The notes under the pieces are model-generated. The model was not told the DNA's origin. It saw nothing but the letters and a program-made list of their open reading frames with translations, and made no database searches. This document shows, in pieces, positions 51,417-64,000 of a stretch of 64,000 nt of DNA. The position numbers were made by a program, and so were the translations under genes. The stretch's first letter is position 1, and every line of letters starts with the position of its first letter. Origin of the DNA: Octopus sinensis (lineage: Eukaryota). The DNA lies in the NCBI RefSeq assembly GCF_006345805.1, contig NC_043008.1, positions 41,168,001 through 41,232,000 on the forward strand, in the 5' to 3' direction.

Positions 51417-53448
51417 CAGAATGCAACACTAGTTGGTCTGTTACAGTGAGCAGATGTGAGTTTGGGCACTGCGAATAGAAAAAAATGAACAAAAAGAAAA
51501 ATTGTCAATTATGGCTCGCTATAGCGACCAAAATACTGGGTTCTCATCACCGTAACGGTGAATTGAGAATTTTTTTGAAAATTCTTCTTGTGAATTCTAA
51601 TGGGCGTATCTCGCCAGAAAAATAAGAATAAGCCATTTGGATTACCTTTTGGATTACCTTTTTGGAGTATTATACAAAGGATTCCCTATCTGTGCTATTT
51701 GTGAGGTGTTTCTTTTACTTTTCTCTTCTTCTATTTTTTCTTTTTTTCTAAATTTTGGTTCATTCTTTTCATTATTTTAATTTCAGTTTCCTCCCCTCCT
51801 CTTTTGTTTTATTTTTATTCGGTTTAATTTTTTGGCAGACTGTCTTTTGAACTACTTTTGAACTGTTTTTGGACATGGCAGAGAAGGAACTTAAAAAGAA
51901 AAAATCTGTCTTAGAGTGGGAAATTAACCCGCCTAAGCAATGGTTAAAAGATATGGAGGAGAAGACGATGGTACTTAGAACGTATTCTAAAGTTCTTAAT
52001 TCCATCACCGTCTTCCCAAAACAAGTCATAAAAATGAACTTAAAGAACATTTGTCCTCTGTAAAATATATATCCCGTGGTGTAAAACATGCAACCGTATG
52101 GTTGCTGTTTGACAACGGGGAAAAGGCTCACCAGTTTGCGAGTCAGTCTTTAGAAGGCAAGGAAATACTGTTTCTCCCGTCATATTGTGGGAGAAAATTA
52201 ATACGAGCCTGAGTATGTGAACCTCTCCCAGGCACCGAAGCAGATTGGATTGAAGATACCATCCGACGGGGACTTGGGGATGGCGGGCCCAGGCTCTTAA
52301 ATGTAAGAGTATTGGCGGCGGTCGATTGGGAAGGGTCAAAAGCGATTTTGACCCTGTGGACCCCATCGGCCGCAACAGAACTGTTTTTTCCAGATTTCTT
52401 GAAAATTGCTGGCTGCAGGTATCCGGTGATACTTCACGGACGTCCCCCAAAGTGTCACTCGTGCCTGCAGCCAGGCCACATTAAAAGGAACTGCCCCCAG
52501 GACCATGGTAAGGTCCTGGAACAGTCGCTAGATGCCACCTCCCCTACCCGGTCAAAGGGAGAGGTGGATGTGGTCGAGGAGGCTTCAGCCTCCTTCACTC
52601 AAAAAGGATTAAAAAGGAAGAAGGAACCTAAGGCTTCGGAAGGCGGGGGAGAGTCTCCGGACAAAGCGGAAGAGCTCCACTCTCCCGAAGACAGGAAGAA
52701 AAGAAAAAAAAGAAAGAAGAAGAACGGGTCATCTCAGCGGGGATATGATGTGCCGACTGCATGTCCCGAAGTTATGTCACTCACGGTGGAAGAAACCACC
52801 CCCACCTTTAAAGATGATCAATGAATTATCTTTTTCTACAAGGGCGGGGAGGTGGAAAAAATAGTAGAAGAACATAAAGAAACAGTAGATATGCCCTTCA
52901 CACGGGATCCCGAATGGCCTCCGCAGATAGCTGTGGAGGTCATAAGGTTTCCCCTGTGGGAAAGGCTTAAAGGATTTGCGGAGGAGTGTCGCATATGACC
53001 GGGTGGCCCTTACACGACTTACATGTCCTACATGGGTGAGGCATGAGAAATGGCGGGATACAGGAACTCAAGCGGCATTGAAGATAATGATGAATATATC
53101 GATGGATATATCGAAGAGTAGGAGGTGAAAGACCCTCGTTACAGGGTTTGAAATCTCATCTTATTGGATTATTTTGTAGTGGTTTATACCCTCAATTTTG
53201 TGCATTAAGAAAGAAAAAAAAAGAAAGCACGTTAAGTAAGAGGTTTTAGTGCCTCATCCTTGTAAGAGGTTTGAAACCTCATATTGATTTTAAAAAAAAA
53301 GAAAGGAAATATGTTTTCGAGAAAAATCCAATCTGCGGGTGTTGGGTTTCCTCTCTCATTTATTCATTATATTTCATTTTCATTCATTAATGTATTTGTC
53401 CAGCCCGCAAAGCTCTTTGTACTGTCTATATGACAAATTTATGAAATA
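51417..53448 (+). mobile_element. ORF1-only non-LTR retroelement (L1/Tx1-like, HAL1-type)
   Basis: ~460-bp 5' UTR, disrupted ORF1 from ATG 51875 to ~52997, then ~450 bp 3' region ending AATAAA. No EN or RT motifs. Diverged 16-bp TSD (13/16). Confidence 0.65.
51875..52997 (+). pseudogene. LINE ORF1 (gag-like) with CCHC zinc knuckle, disrupted
   Basis: MAEKELKKKK..., VILHGRPPKCHSCLQPGHIKRNCP (Cx2Cx4Hx4C at 52453-52494), basic low-complexity stretch; stops and frameshifts. Confidence 0.7.
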
Positions 53449-54744
53449 AAGTAGCTTGCTTAACAACCACATGGTTCCGGGTTCAGTCCCACTGTGTGGC
53501 ACCTTGGGCAAGTGCCTTCTACAATAGCCTCGGGCCGACCAAAGCCTTGTGAGTCGATTTGGTAGACGGAAACTGAAAGAAGCCCGTCGTATATATGTAT
53601 ATGTATATGTGTGTGTATGTGTGTTTGTGTGTCTGTGTGTTTGTCCCTAGCATTGCTTGACAACCGATGCTGGTGTGTTTATGTCCCCGTTACTTAGTGG
53701 TTCGGCAAAAGCGACCGATAGAATAAGTACTGGGCTTACAAAAGAATAAGTCCCGGGGTCGAGTTGCACGATTAAAGGCGGGGCTCCAGCATGGCCACAG
53801 TCAAATGACTGAAACAAGATAAAGAGTAAAGAATAAAGATATATATATATATATATATCAACAGCGTCCTTGCTGGAGTACTCTCTTGAATGCAGAGTCA
53901 AATAAATCGAATCGGATACAACACTTATTTTATTGAGATATTTTCCTGAAATGTTAAACTATGGGCACGTAAACGAACCAACACCTGATGCGAAGAGGTG
54001 GTGCGGGACAATTACAAAGAGATGCACACATATATATATACTCACACACACACGCACACACACACATATGTGTGTGTATATTTTGGGATATGTTTACACG
54101 AGGGCGCAAAAACAGTTTTCGTCTACCAGATCAATGTTTAATGCGTTGCTTCACCATGGGCTATTGTATGAGGAGCTTGCCAATCGTCTCACATATTCAA
54201 ACTTGCCATGACACGGTTGGAATTTTTTGGTAAATTAAGTATCTCCTACTCAGATTCACAAGCTTCACAAAAAATGATTACGACAGTGTCAATATTAATT
54301 TAAACTAAACATCGTCTTTAATTAATTTAAACTAACAGTCGTCTTTACCACAGATGGACTATAAGAATAAACAATTCTAGCCAACTATTTTACTCAGATG
54401 ATTATTCCATTCGTACTTTAGTACATATTGTGAAGTCTGTGCGTAGATGATGAGGTCATAAGAGCTAAGCATATCTTCAAATGTTCCAGGTAATTCACGA
54501 ATATATAACTTCATACGTAAAATGTCTAATGAAAAAAAAATCAGCGTACAAACTTAGAAATGACACGCTTTTCTCTTACTACGAATCCATATACTCGGCT
54601 AATATCGCGTTGCACTCTTTCACCTTCACAGTCATTGTCTGTGATTATATTCTTTTTTTGGTTTTTTTTTATTTCCTAGCTTACTGAATTCACTCAAGAG
54701 ATGGTTAATAAACATTTGTCTACTTACGTATAGATGCTGCATTT

Positions 54745-55190
54745 TTTCTATCAACTTCATCGATCTTAGCGTTATCAAATTCTACTCAATGACCAGTTCC
54801 CGAACGGTTATAAGTAGCGCATCACTTTCTCGTTTCCGGTTTCCGTCTATCAGCCGCAACTAGCGTTCTTTACATCCTCGGTTCGTTGCAATGATAAGCC
54901 ATGTAATTCAATCTCTTTCCAGTTACTGGTTCCTTCTGCTCTCGAATTCTTCAACTGTTTCAGCAATGTTTGGACATTTCTCGCTACTATTTGTATTCAC
55001 TCTTCCCTGTGTACAACATCGTTCTTCCAGCAACATTATTTAAACATTGATGTTGTCTTCTGCGTTTAACAATCCACTGCTTCCTTTCTTTCATGGGAGA
55101 TAAAGCCAGTCGATATTTCACACAGGATGAGCTCTATGAGCAGATTCGTAGTTCCTCTTCCTATGTTCTGTAGCTTGGTCTCTCCTTAAA
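54745..55190 (-). mobile_element. R4/Dong-like non-LTR retrotransposon remnant
   Basis: NIDWLYLP*KKGSSGLLNAED, NWKEIELHGLSLQRTEDV and KPET..AKID resemble DRLYLPRKxGGRGL / WKxKxLHGQ / LKxETE. Confidence 0.6.
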
Positions 55191-55263
55191 ATTATTATTA
55201 TTACTATTTATTCCATCGCAAATTGTTGCAGCTTCATAGTTTTGTTTTCTTTTTTTTTCGAAA

Positions 55264-55432
55264 GGTGTTTCCTCTTTTCCCTCGTTTATATATATATATC
55301 GTTCCTTCTTCTATGTTTCCGACGAAGAGCTCTTTCCTGAGCGTCCAATAATGCTATATGTGTACCACGTTCTCGCGTTGTTGTGTTTTTTTTTTTGTGT
55401 GCTTTCTTGTTTGGATTAACTATATATATATA
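55264..55432 (+). repeat. Interspersed repeat 'Y', copy 2 (internally deleted)
   Basis: Homologous to 6236-6420. Confidence 0.7.
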
Positions 55433-55494
55433 TTACTATATTTAACTTTAAATTATTTCCTTCAAAATCTCGTACATCGAAATCAACGGGAACG

Positions 55495-55510
55495 ATTATT
55501 ATTATTATTA

Positions 55511-55582
<72 letters not shown>

Positions 55583-55975
55583 AGTGAGAGAGCAATGCAT
55601 TCCATCAAAGTGGCACTGGTGTACAAATATATGAAGCCTAATATACCCATCATGACTACCTGCCTGATTGCAGTATATACAGGTGCGCGATATGGTGAGC
55701 TCGTATCAAAATAAATAGGATATGTCCTTGCAGATGGGGGCCCAGTTAGCATTTATTTCAGGTCCAGTAGCCCCCACCAATCAAAATATTTTCATAATAA
55801 GGGTTATTTAAGGATGCTGAACGAATCACTCATGTTTCCAGAGGTGAATTATTCAAACCCCAAACAATTCCTCTCAATACATGGCTATGATAACCCCACT
55901 ACTTTTGCACATATCGTTGCCACCAAGGGACATACACAACTGGTTGAGTTGGAGCAACTGACAAGCAAATCTGTG
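55495..55975 (-). mobile_element. Interspersed repeat with (TAA)n tail (probable retroposon 3' end)
   Basis: (TTA)n at 55495-55579 abuts a higher-complexity segment that I recall as a frequent octopus repeat; not verified. Confidence 0.4.
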
Positions 55976-56379
55976 GTGTTGGGCAGAATCTCTTGCGGCA
56001 CAGATCATCTTGAACTCTGACAATATGTTTGTTGTGCTCTTTCGAGCAACTCACTAACGCCCATGGTCTTCCGGGATGTCTTTCTGGAATTCTGAATGCA
56101 TCTTCAAAATTATTTTTAATCGAGTTAGTGAAAATGTTTGAAACCTACTCCTAAAATTTCTTTGGACTTCGACTGCCTTTAGACTAAATTCCTATTGCTC
56201 AAAATTTAGACCGACTACCTTAAATATGTTTAAAGGGTTAAACCTAAAGAGGAATGTAAATTAATTCAGTTCTCACCAAGTTGTGTACATATTGTTTGGA
56301 AGCTCTGTGTGTGTGTGTGTGTTTGTGCGTACGTGTGCGTGGGTGCGTGTGCGTGTGCGTGTGTGTGTGTGTGGGCATG

Positions 56380-56410
<31 letters not shown>

Positions 56411-59130
56411 TTGTACAAAACATTCCACATCCATGAATGCAATACTTCTAATCAAAGATCTATATGATCTAAGCCTCCTTGCAGCTAAACCGCAATGAAA
56501 AAACAACAAAGTTCTTTAATTAAAAAATGTGTAATTCAATTCAGTTGTATTTTCTTCTGTTAGCATTCTCCAAGCATTTCTCTACATTCCAAACATTTCA
56601 ATAAAGTGTTGTTTCTTGCTCATCATATTAGTCATTGTTAAAAATAAGGGTCTTTTCCCCTTTATCCTGTGGAGGATGAAGCAAATTCTATTGCGCATAT
56701 AAGAATGTTTTCGAAATACATACGATATACCATCATTTTTATTTTCTTTAAAGAAACCACATTCCCACGTTTATTCTTCAGTACAATATTTCACATAATG
56801 ATCAACATTGAATCTGTTCTATTGTTACCACAATGGATAATGCACACGAACGGTAATTGTGGCGTAGGCTAATTAAACTCTTCTGGCGGTAGAGCCTCCG
56901 TCAAAACTCTGCCATTCTGCCTTGATTTCAGAGTTCGAAATCATGTACGTTTCAAGGATATCTTGATGGTCATTTTTCAATGTGTACGTCCAGGAGTTCA
57001 TTGTGTAAGTCCGTAAAGTATTTCTTCAAACAAAACTCGACTATACGGTGGAGAGTATGTCACTGACATCAGAAAGTTCATTTGTAAACGAAGAGGAACT
57101 CAACTATGTCTTTACATGTTGGGATCATGTTCACAGTAAACTAACCATTAAAATGACAAGGGACCTATGAATTACGGCGGTCTGGGGCTTTGTTCACATT
57201 ATAAAACGTCTTTTTATTACTTTCTTGTGCATGTATGTTGAAGGGTTTATGAATACTATATACTGAAATCCTTCTATACTGATTGACTGAATGGAGTTAC
57301 AATATACTTGTTTATCTATAACTGCAAGACCATATTTTAGGACAAAAGCAATTATAATCGTTTAATCACATTCGATTAACTTATAAATGAGTATAATGTG
57401 GATAAAACAATACTTTTCTTTGTTATTTCGAGAATTTCAATCAAATAGTTTCAAATATAATGATCTAATGTACTGTTACTGCCCTGTGTATCGTAGGAAG
57501 TATAAAAAGCATAGACCTCAATTAAACTTATATGTAACTTGCAAGGGTAGAGTAGAATCTATGTTGTCACGTAACCGGCCTTAACATTCATGTTACACAC
57601 CGAATGTATCTGTTATATTTTCATTTTATACTTTCTATTTTTCCTGGTTGTGCCTTAGTCGCAAACGTACATGAATCAAAGAAAAATTGTGACACGTAGT
57701 ACAAATTCTCTGAAGGCAGCATAATACTTCATATTATAAAAGATTGCCGTCACTAATTACACTATGCGGGTTTTGGAAAACAGAAAAGAAGTTTAAAATG
57801 TTTCTTTTTTCTGGTCCAACCAAAATCATGTGCTATGGAAAGATTTTGTCTATCATCAAACATAAAAAGTTAGTCATTTTTGTTTATGTGAGCTACTTTC
57901 CATATATGTTTAAAGTTAGGCAAGACATTGCGCTTAATACATCTAATATAGACACATCATTGCAATTAAGCTAATGATGCTGAGTAATCAGAGACAAGCT
58001 ATATGTGATTCTAATACATTTTTTCTACTTCAAGCAGGTGACATTGTGATAATGTAAGTAATATCTCTTTTAATTTTGCCTACAGTATCATTAATACATT
58101 GGTGGCGATTTAGTGGAACACGCTATGTATTTCGTTCTTCACTGTGTATGTCAACTAATATAGGCCGCAAACAATACCATATCCTTTTGGCTTAGTTGAA
58201 GTGCGTGATGTATTTTAGCATCAGTGTGTGTCGTTGCCTTTTTATTTGTGTTATTAGTTATCTCAGAGAAACATCGATTATAAATCATTCTTCTTCAAAA
58301 CCGATCCAACTAAAAATAATTGATTCCTTTCTGGTTTTCTTTATTTCTTCCATTACATTTGTTAAAGCAGTTGTTTCACAAATTCATGACAGAGCGGTTT
58401 TCAGGAAACGGATAGTCTTAAAAAACGGTCTTCCTTTCAGCTAACCTCAAATTTTCAATGGTTTCTGCCATCATAATTAAATCAATTATGTTGTTAAAAA
58501 CGAAACTATAAATATCCAAGAGACTATTTTGCTACGAACAATCTCGTGCACACAAATGACAATATGAGAGGAAAATGTAACTAACAGTAACAATCCATGG
58601 AATTAAAAAAAAAAAAAATTGTTATTTTGTCGTTTACATGAGGGCAGAGCAAAACGTCAAGAGTGGTATTGTGGATGGGAAATAAAGGGTATTGCAATAG
58701 CCCATTAATTACATTTGGACGGTCTATTTTGGACAGAAATTCGATTATTTATTTTTTTCATAATATTTTCTACACTGCGGTAGTAAAAGGGGGAAAAAAT
58801 GTATAATTCATTTCTGTCATCATAATTTGCGCAACGTCAAAGAACGGAAATCAGAATAATAGAAATATGGCATTCAGTTTAGATGCGATTGAAAGTTTAC
58901 TGATCATAATGACAGGGAGAGGTTTAAGTTGAAGAAGAAGGCGAAGATGATGGTACTACCACTGTGGGAAGTGGATTGTTTCGTTATCATAGTGTTGGTG
59001 TCGTATTCATGCATTTATCAAGGGATATTGTAGTAAATATTTTATTTATAAGATAGGCACAGGGCCTCATAAATGCCGTGAAAGAAGGCTAGTTTATTAC
59101 ATGGACTCCAGCACCCAACTGGTACATGTC

Positions 59131-59287
59131 GGAAACTGAAAGAAGCACGTTGTATGTAACATAGCGGTTCGGCAAAAGAGGCCAATAGAATAAGTACTAG
59201 GCTTAAAAAGCAATAAGTTCTGGTGTTGATTTGTTCGACTAAAGGCGGTGATCCAGCATGGCTGAAACAAGTATAAAAGGTAAAAGT
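59131..59287 (+). mobile_element. SINE fragment (deleted, central to tail)
   Basis: ggaaactgaaagaagc joined to tagcggttcggcaaaagag..gatccagcatggctgaaacaag. Confidence 0.8.
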
Positions 59288-59330
59288 AAACGATATATAT
59301 ATGTGTGTATGTGTCAGCATGCATGTATGT

Positions 59331-59362
<32 letters not shown>

Positions 59363-59448
59363 ATGTGTGTGTATGCATGTATGTATGTACGTATGTATGT
59401 ATGTATGTATGTATGTATGTATGTATGTATGTATGTATGTATGTATGT

Positions 59449-59747
59449 GGAGGAGACCCCATTCGTTCATGAATGATCATGGCATTGCATCTAGAAAGTA
59501 ACCATCCGAAGCACAAGTCCGGGTAAAGTTGTTTCTGGAAGACCAGCAGTCGCCAACGCATACCAGACTAACCTCTTCAGGCCACTGTTGTTATCCAAGG
59601 GGAAAACAAAGGCCGATACAGCTTGGCACCAGTGATGTTGCAGCTCATTTCAACAGCTGAGTGAACTGGAGCAACATGACATAAAGGGTCATGCTCACGG
59701 ACACAACATGCTGCCCGTTGCGGGAATCGAACCCACAAGCTCTCGAT
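59449..59747 (-). mobile_element. tRNA-derived SINE with CORE-like domain
   Basis: Minus strand B-box gtgggttcgattccc followed by tgtgtccgtgagcatgaccct..ttgctccagttcactcagctg (CORE-like); tail abuts (ATAC)n. Confidence 0.65.
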
Positions 59748-59809
59748 ATATATAAATGCGCACCCATACACGTGCATATATATACACACAGACACCTACA
59801 TACATATAG

Positions 59810-59859
<50 letters not shown>

Positions 59860-59892
59860 GTGTGTGTGTGTGTGTTTGTGTATGTGCATGCC

Positions 59893-59923
<31 letters not shown>

Positions 59924-60235
59924 GTGTGTGTGTGTGTGTTTGTGTATGTGCATGCCTATATATATATATATAAATTCATATAAAGCTATCTAAGTATCTA
60001 AGAGGTACCACCATGCTTGAAATAGCAGCCAAAACATGACTCTAAGAACCACATCAAGTGTTCAATACAAGATGTAGTTTTTCCAGGCAGATTTTCACTG
60101 CTATTTGGAGCATGATGGTATCTATTACATACAATTATTCATAATTATGATAATTATAATTTATAAGGTTTTTCTTCTCATGCTGTCACTTGATTTGATC
60201 GAATCCATATATATATATATATATATAAATCTTAG

Positions 60236-60278
<43 letters not shown>

Positions 60279-61099
60279 ACGTACAAAATATTTTACTGGG
60301 GAAACACACGCAGTCGATATATAGAGATATAGAGAAATAATAGTAAAAAAATATTTGTTTTAATGGATTTAAGAGTATATTCGAGCTATGATAATAAAAG
60401 TATACAATTTTACACAAAATACGATTCTGTTCTTTCAACATGATTATGTTGAAAGGACAAAACCTTATTTTGTAAACATGTATATACAAATATACACACG
60501 TATATACACACGTATATACACACATAAATATCCCCCCAGCCCTCATGCACCCACCACCATCATCATCGTCGTCGAATCTCCGTTTTTCATGTGCACGCTA
60601 AACAACGACGATGATGATATTAATGAATCATGCGCAAATCTATGGGCACATATGAGCCACAGAAAATACACGTGTGTGTACATACATATTTACACACATC
60701 TATCGACACACATGTATACAAACAAGTGCATGTGTATGTATCACACCCGTATAAGTACATACTTACATACGTACGCACACATACGCACTCATACATATGT
60801 ATACGTAACTGCACTTCTCAAGTATTTAAGTTCATACGTTCATTGTGGGGAGAGGGGTTACTGAAATTGTAGTTTATCTCTGAAGGTTGTTCTTCTTTTC
60901 AACGATCGAACGATTGACGGTGTGGGTGTCATCCACTTCTATTTGGATATATATATATATATAGGAGCGGATCCCATTTTTTTGCTTGGGAGTTGGAGTA
61001 TCATTTTTCTGTGTTTAGTAATGGTTTCTACCTCCTAATGAGGTATATATTAGCTCCTGTATATGATTAGAAAAGTCTTTAACCATCCTAGTTGAATAT

Positions 61100-61167
61100 C
61101 TGCATAGCACAGAAGAGCGAGCTTGGAGTATACAGATACTCCAAGCTCGCTCTTCTGTGCTATGCAG
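61100..61167. other. Perfect 32-bp inverted repeat with 4-nt loop
   Basis: ctgcatagcacagaagagcgagcttggagtat-acag-atactccaagctcgctcttctgtgctatgcag. Confidence 0.95.
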
Positions 61168-62040
61168 GTTTCAAGTCTGTGCATTTTCTTGTGTAACCAA
61201 TTGAATTCTTGGCCGTAAATTGACGTGTTAATGAATGAGTTATCTACAGATACCTGTAACTTAACGTAATTCTCAAGTAGAATCACCGGGCAAGATATAT
61301 GCTGTGCAGTCAAACACGAGAGAAATAGGTTGACGGATATATTAATCGAATGGGACAGATAGATTTCGGGGGAACAAATTCAGAATCATTCCTAGTAAAT
61401 CATTGATCCCAAATCGATGAGAATACCTACCCTGCTCTCCGGGTCATAAAATAAGAGCGTAAAAGAAAGGAGACAAACAAAGCTTTCATTTAGATCATCG
61501 GCACGAAATCAATAGATTTTGTTGGAGATTGCGTTCAGTTACATCGGCCATTTTAATATAGTTGGGCATAATATATCAATAACGCAAAAGTGGTTCTGGC
61601 AAGATTTGAATACAATATGTATAAGTAAATTTACATATTACTTTAATAATTTAGGATATACTTCCTTATCTTTGTCACTCTGCCTCCCTTTGTTTATAAT
61701 AATTGTTAAGGATATCGGGACACTACCAATAGTTACCATCATATATATGATCTATATAAACGCAGCATCTCCAAAACCCGGGGAAATATCTACGTAAAGG
61801 ATTTCGAAAATACTTTGCACTGTTCACTATTCGAACAGTAGTTCAGTATTTGATATATGGTCTTAGATAAATTGTATCTGATAAAACATTCGGGATATAT
61901 GAACAGGTCAAAATTTGACGTACGATCCTAGATAAATGGTATTTGATAAAAAAAACAAAAAATCCATGAAATATTTGAGCAGATATTTCCTGAAACAGGA
62001 AATTGGAAAACAGCAAAATCAACGACGGATGCAATACCAC

Positions 62041-62043
62041 CGC

Positions 62044-62086
<43 letters not shown>

Positions 62087-62114
62087 GTCATCGTCGTTGT
62101 CATCGTCATAGTCG

Positions 62115-62146
<32 letters not shown>

Positions 62147-62172
62147 GTCATCGTCATCATCATCATCATCAA
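62041..62172. repeat. (CAT)n/(CGT)n microsatellite
   Basis: Direct reading. Confidence 0.95.
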
Positions 62173-62614
62173 TATCATGATCACACCAACTCACAATATC
62201 AGTAACAATATTGTCATTATTGCATTATGACTAGGATTCAATATTTGCGACATACAAAGAATGAACTGCGCGCCCACTTGATTGAATTTAGTATCTGAAG
62301 ATTCAGGTTCCTGCTTGTGAACTTATGAGGCTCTACCGTGTTTCAAATGATCTGTGAATAAAGAAGGACAGATTATTTAATAATACAGCAAATTTCCTTC
62401 ACCAAAGAAGGAGGTATGGAACAATCTCATATTTCACTGTTTCTTTCAAAACATAGCATAATAATTAAATATCATTTTACATAATTAATAATTTATTAAT
62501 AGTAAAAATCATCACTATTGTCTGCTATTTTAACATCCTGATGACGGCCAGCATTGGCATTCGCCACATTATCATTAGTCAACAGTCATCATTACGAATT
62601 AATTAAATTTGGGC

Positions 62615-62880
62615 CGTGAAGACCCACGCGAAACAAAATTCATTGACATCTAATCTACAGTGGAGAAGGCTAGCCACTGGATGTGGTTAAAAAGAGACGA
62701 TGAACGATGGCTAGAAGTATATTGAGTTCTTCATAACCAGCTGATCTAGCAAACGGGGCCTGATATCAGCGAGGGGGGCCGGTGTGTATTGATGCCGTCG
62801 AGAGGTAGGCCCCGAAACGGCGCGCATTCTCTCATGATGACCCCATACACTTGCTAGCTTCCAGTATACGGAGCTTTTAA
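62615..62880 (+). mobile_element. HERO-like (RLE-type non-LTR) 3' remnant
   Basis: STVEKASHWMWLKRDDERW resembles the AExASxWxWxKR C-terminus and is followed by a GC-rich 3' UTR-like segment. Confidence 0.45.
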
Positions 62881-63182
62881 CTGGTAGCACTTGCATGCGC
62901 AAGTTGTTTGCAAGACATCGAAAGAAAGTGATTAGAAAGTGATCCTATATAAAGATAATAGAGTATGCCCCTACATGCTACATCATGTAAGAATGTTGGT
63001 GGACCATGAATAGCGTCAGAACGAACAGTATATAGAAATCACATTGGAAATCGCTGTCCTAAACATTTTTGAGCCTATAAAAGACGGATCTAACAATCAC
63101 ATCTAACGTGTAACCAAAATTCTCATCATCATCAACAGCACCATCATCGTCTTTTCTTTTTATCCGAAATCTAAGGAATATC

Positions 63183-63558
63183 GTGGCACTCCGTCGGTTG
63201 TTTTGACGAGAATTCCAGTTGATCCAATCAACGAAATAGCCTGCTCAGGAAATTAACATGCAAATGGGTGAGCACTGCACAGATACTTGTACCCTTAACG
63301 TAGTTCTCGGGGAGATTCAGCGTGACAAAGAGTGTGACAAGGATGGCCCTTTGAAATGCAGGTACAACAGAAACAGAAAGTGTGAAAGAAAGTTGCGGTG
63401 AAAGAGTACAGCAGGCTCGCCACCACCCCCTGCTGGAGCCTCGTGTTGCTTTATGTGTCTTCCCTTCAAGAAACACGCACGACGCCCGAGCTGGAAATCG
63501 AAACTGCGATCCTACGACCGCATGTCCGCTGCCTTAATCACTGGGCCATTGAGCCTCC
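63183..63558 (-). mobile_element. tRNA-derived SINE (second family), full length
   Basis: Head ggaggctcaatggcccagtgattaaggcagcggac..gtttcgatttccag has A- and B-box-like segments; tail ...aaccgacggagtgccac. Confidence 0.8.
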
Positions 63559-63804
63559 ATTCTACTGAATATACTACAGCCATATTTCAGTATTGATCCA
63601 CCTGAATCCATACATAAATTCAAGAATATACGTTTGCTATTTTCAGTTATATATGAAATGTTTGAGTCGTTTAAATATCAGAAATGTTAGAGACTAACAC
63701 CAACATCATAGCTCAACCCAAATAAAATCAAATAAAATCCAGTCAAAATCTGTTAAACATAAACTTTTTACACAACTATTTCAGAAAAAAAAAATATTTA
63801 AATA

Positions 63805-64000
63805 TAAGTAACTTGCTTCCTAACCACATGGTTCCGGGTTCAGTCCACTGCGTGGCACCTTGGGCTAGTGTCTTCTACTATCGCCTCGGGCCGACCAAAG
63901 CTTTGTGAGTAGATTAGGTGGACGGAAACTCGAAGAAGCCCGTTGTATATGTGTATATGTATATATATATATATATATGTGTGTGTATTTGTGTGTCTGT
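63805..64000 (+). mobile_element. tRNA-derived SINE 5' half (runs off window end)
   Basis: Same family as 8232. Confidence 0.9.

Larger units (their letters stand above)
51379..53831 (+). mobile_element. tRNA-derived SINE split by a 2-kb insertion (51379-51416 and 53449-53831)
   Basis: The head ggcgcaggag..gtggtaagtag..ttacc resumes as aagtagcttgcttaacaaccacatggttccggg. Confidence 0.85.

Noticed and set aside
62745-62830. Hammerhead in the HERO-like 3' region (ggggcc..ggccccgaaac)
   Set aside because: No CUGANGA precedes the helix.

Overview
AT-rich, microsatellite-dense eukaryotic DNA. The SINE families and repeat landscape resemble an octopus (coleoid cephalopod) genome; this is an inference from recalled repeat families, not a database hit. 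No host protein-coding gene could be supported: the listed ORFs are mostly microsatellite translations or decayed transposon fragments, so the window looks intergenic or deep-intronic. It holds many tRNA-derived SINEs, a 5'-truncated CR1 LINE, several Penelope-like (PLE) fragments, maT and mariner remnants, a Gypsy (CsRn1-like) gag/protease remnant, R4- and HERO-like fragments, a non-autonomous Helitron, four MITE/foldback hairpins, an ORF1-only LINE-like element inserted in a SINE head, and an interstitial (TAACCC)7 tract. The main discovery candidate is at 15067-16630. Two oppositely oriented arrays of a ~480-490 bp unit each contain a complete type I hammerhead ribozyme (CUGAAGA core, palindromic stem III, ~55-58 nt insertion in helix II). 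One array begins at the predicted cleavage site. This is a retrozyme-like non-coding retroelement, lying beside a PLE fragment. Coordinates were counted by hand and element boundaries may be off by several bases. The palindrome may be partly an assembly artefact.
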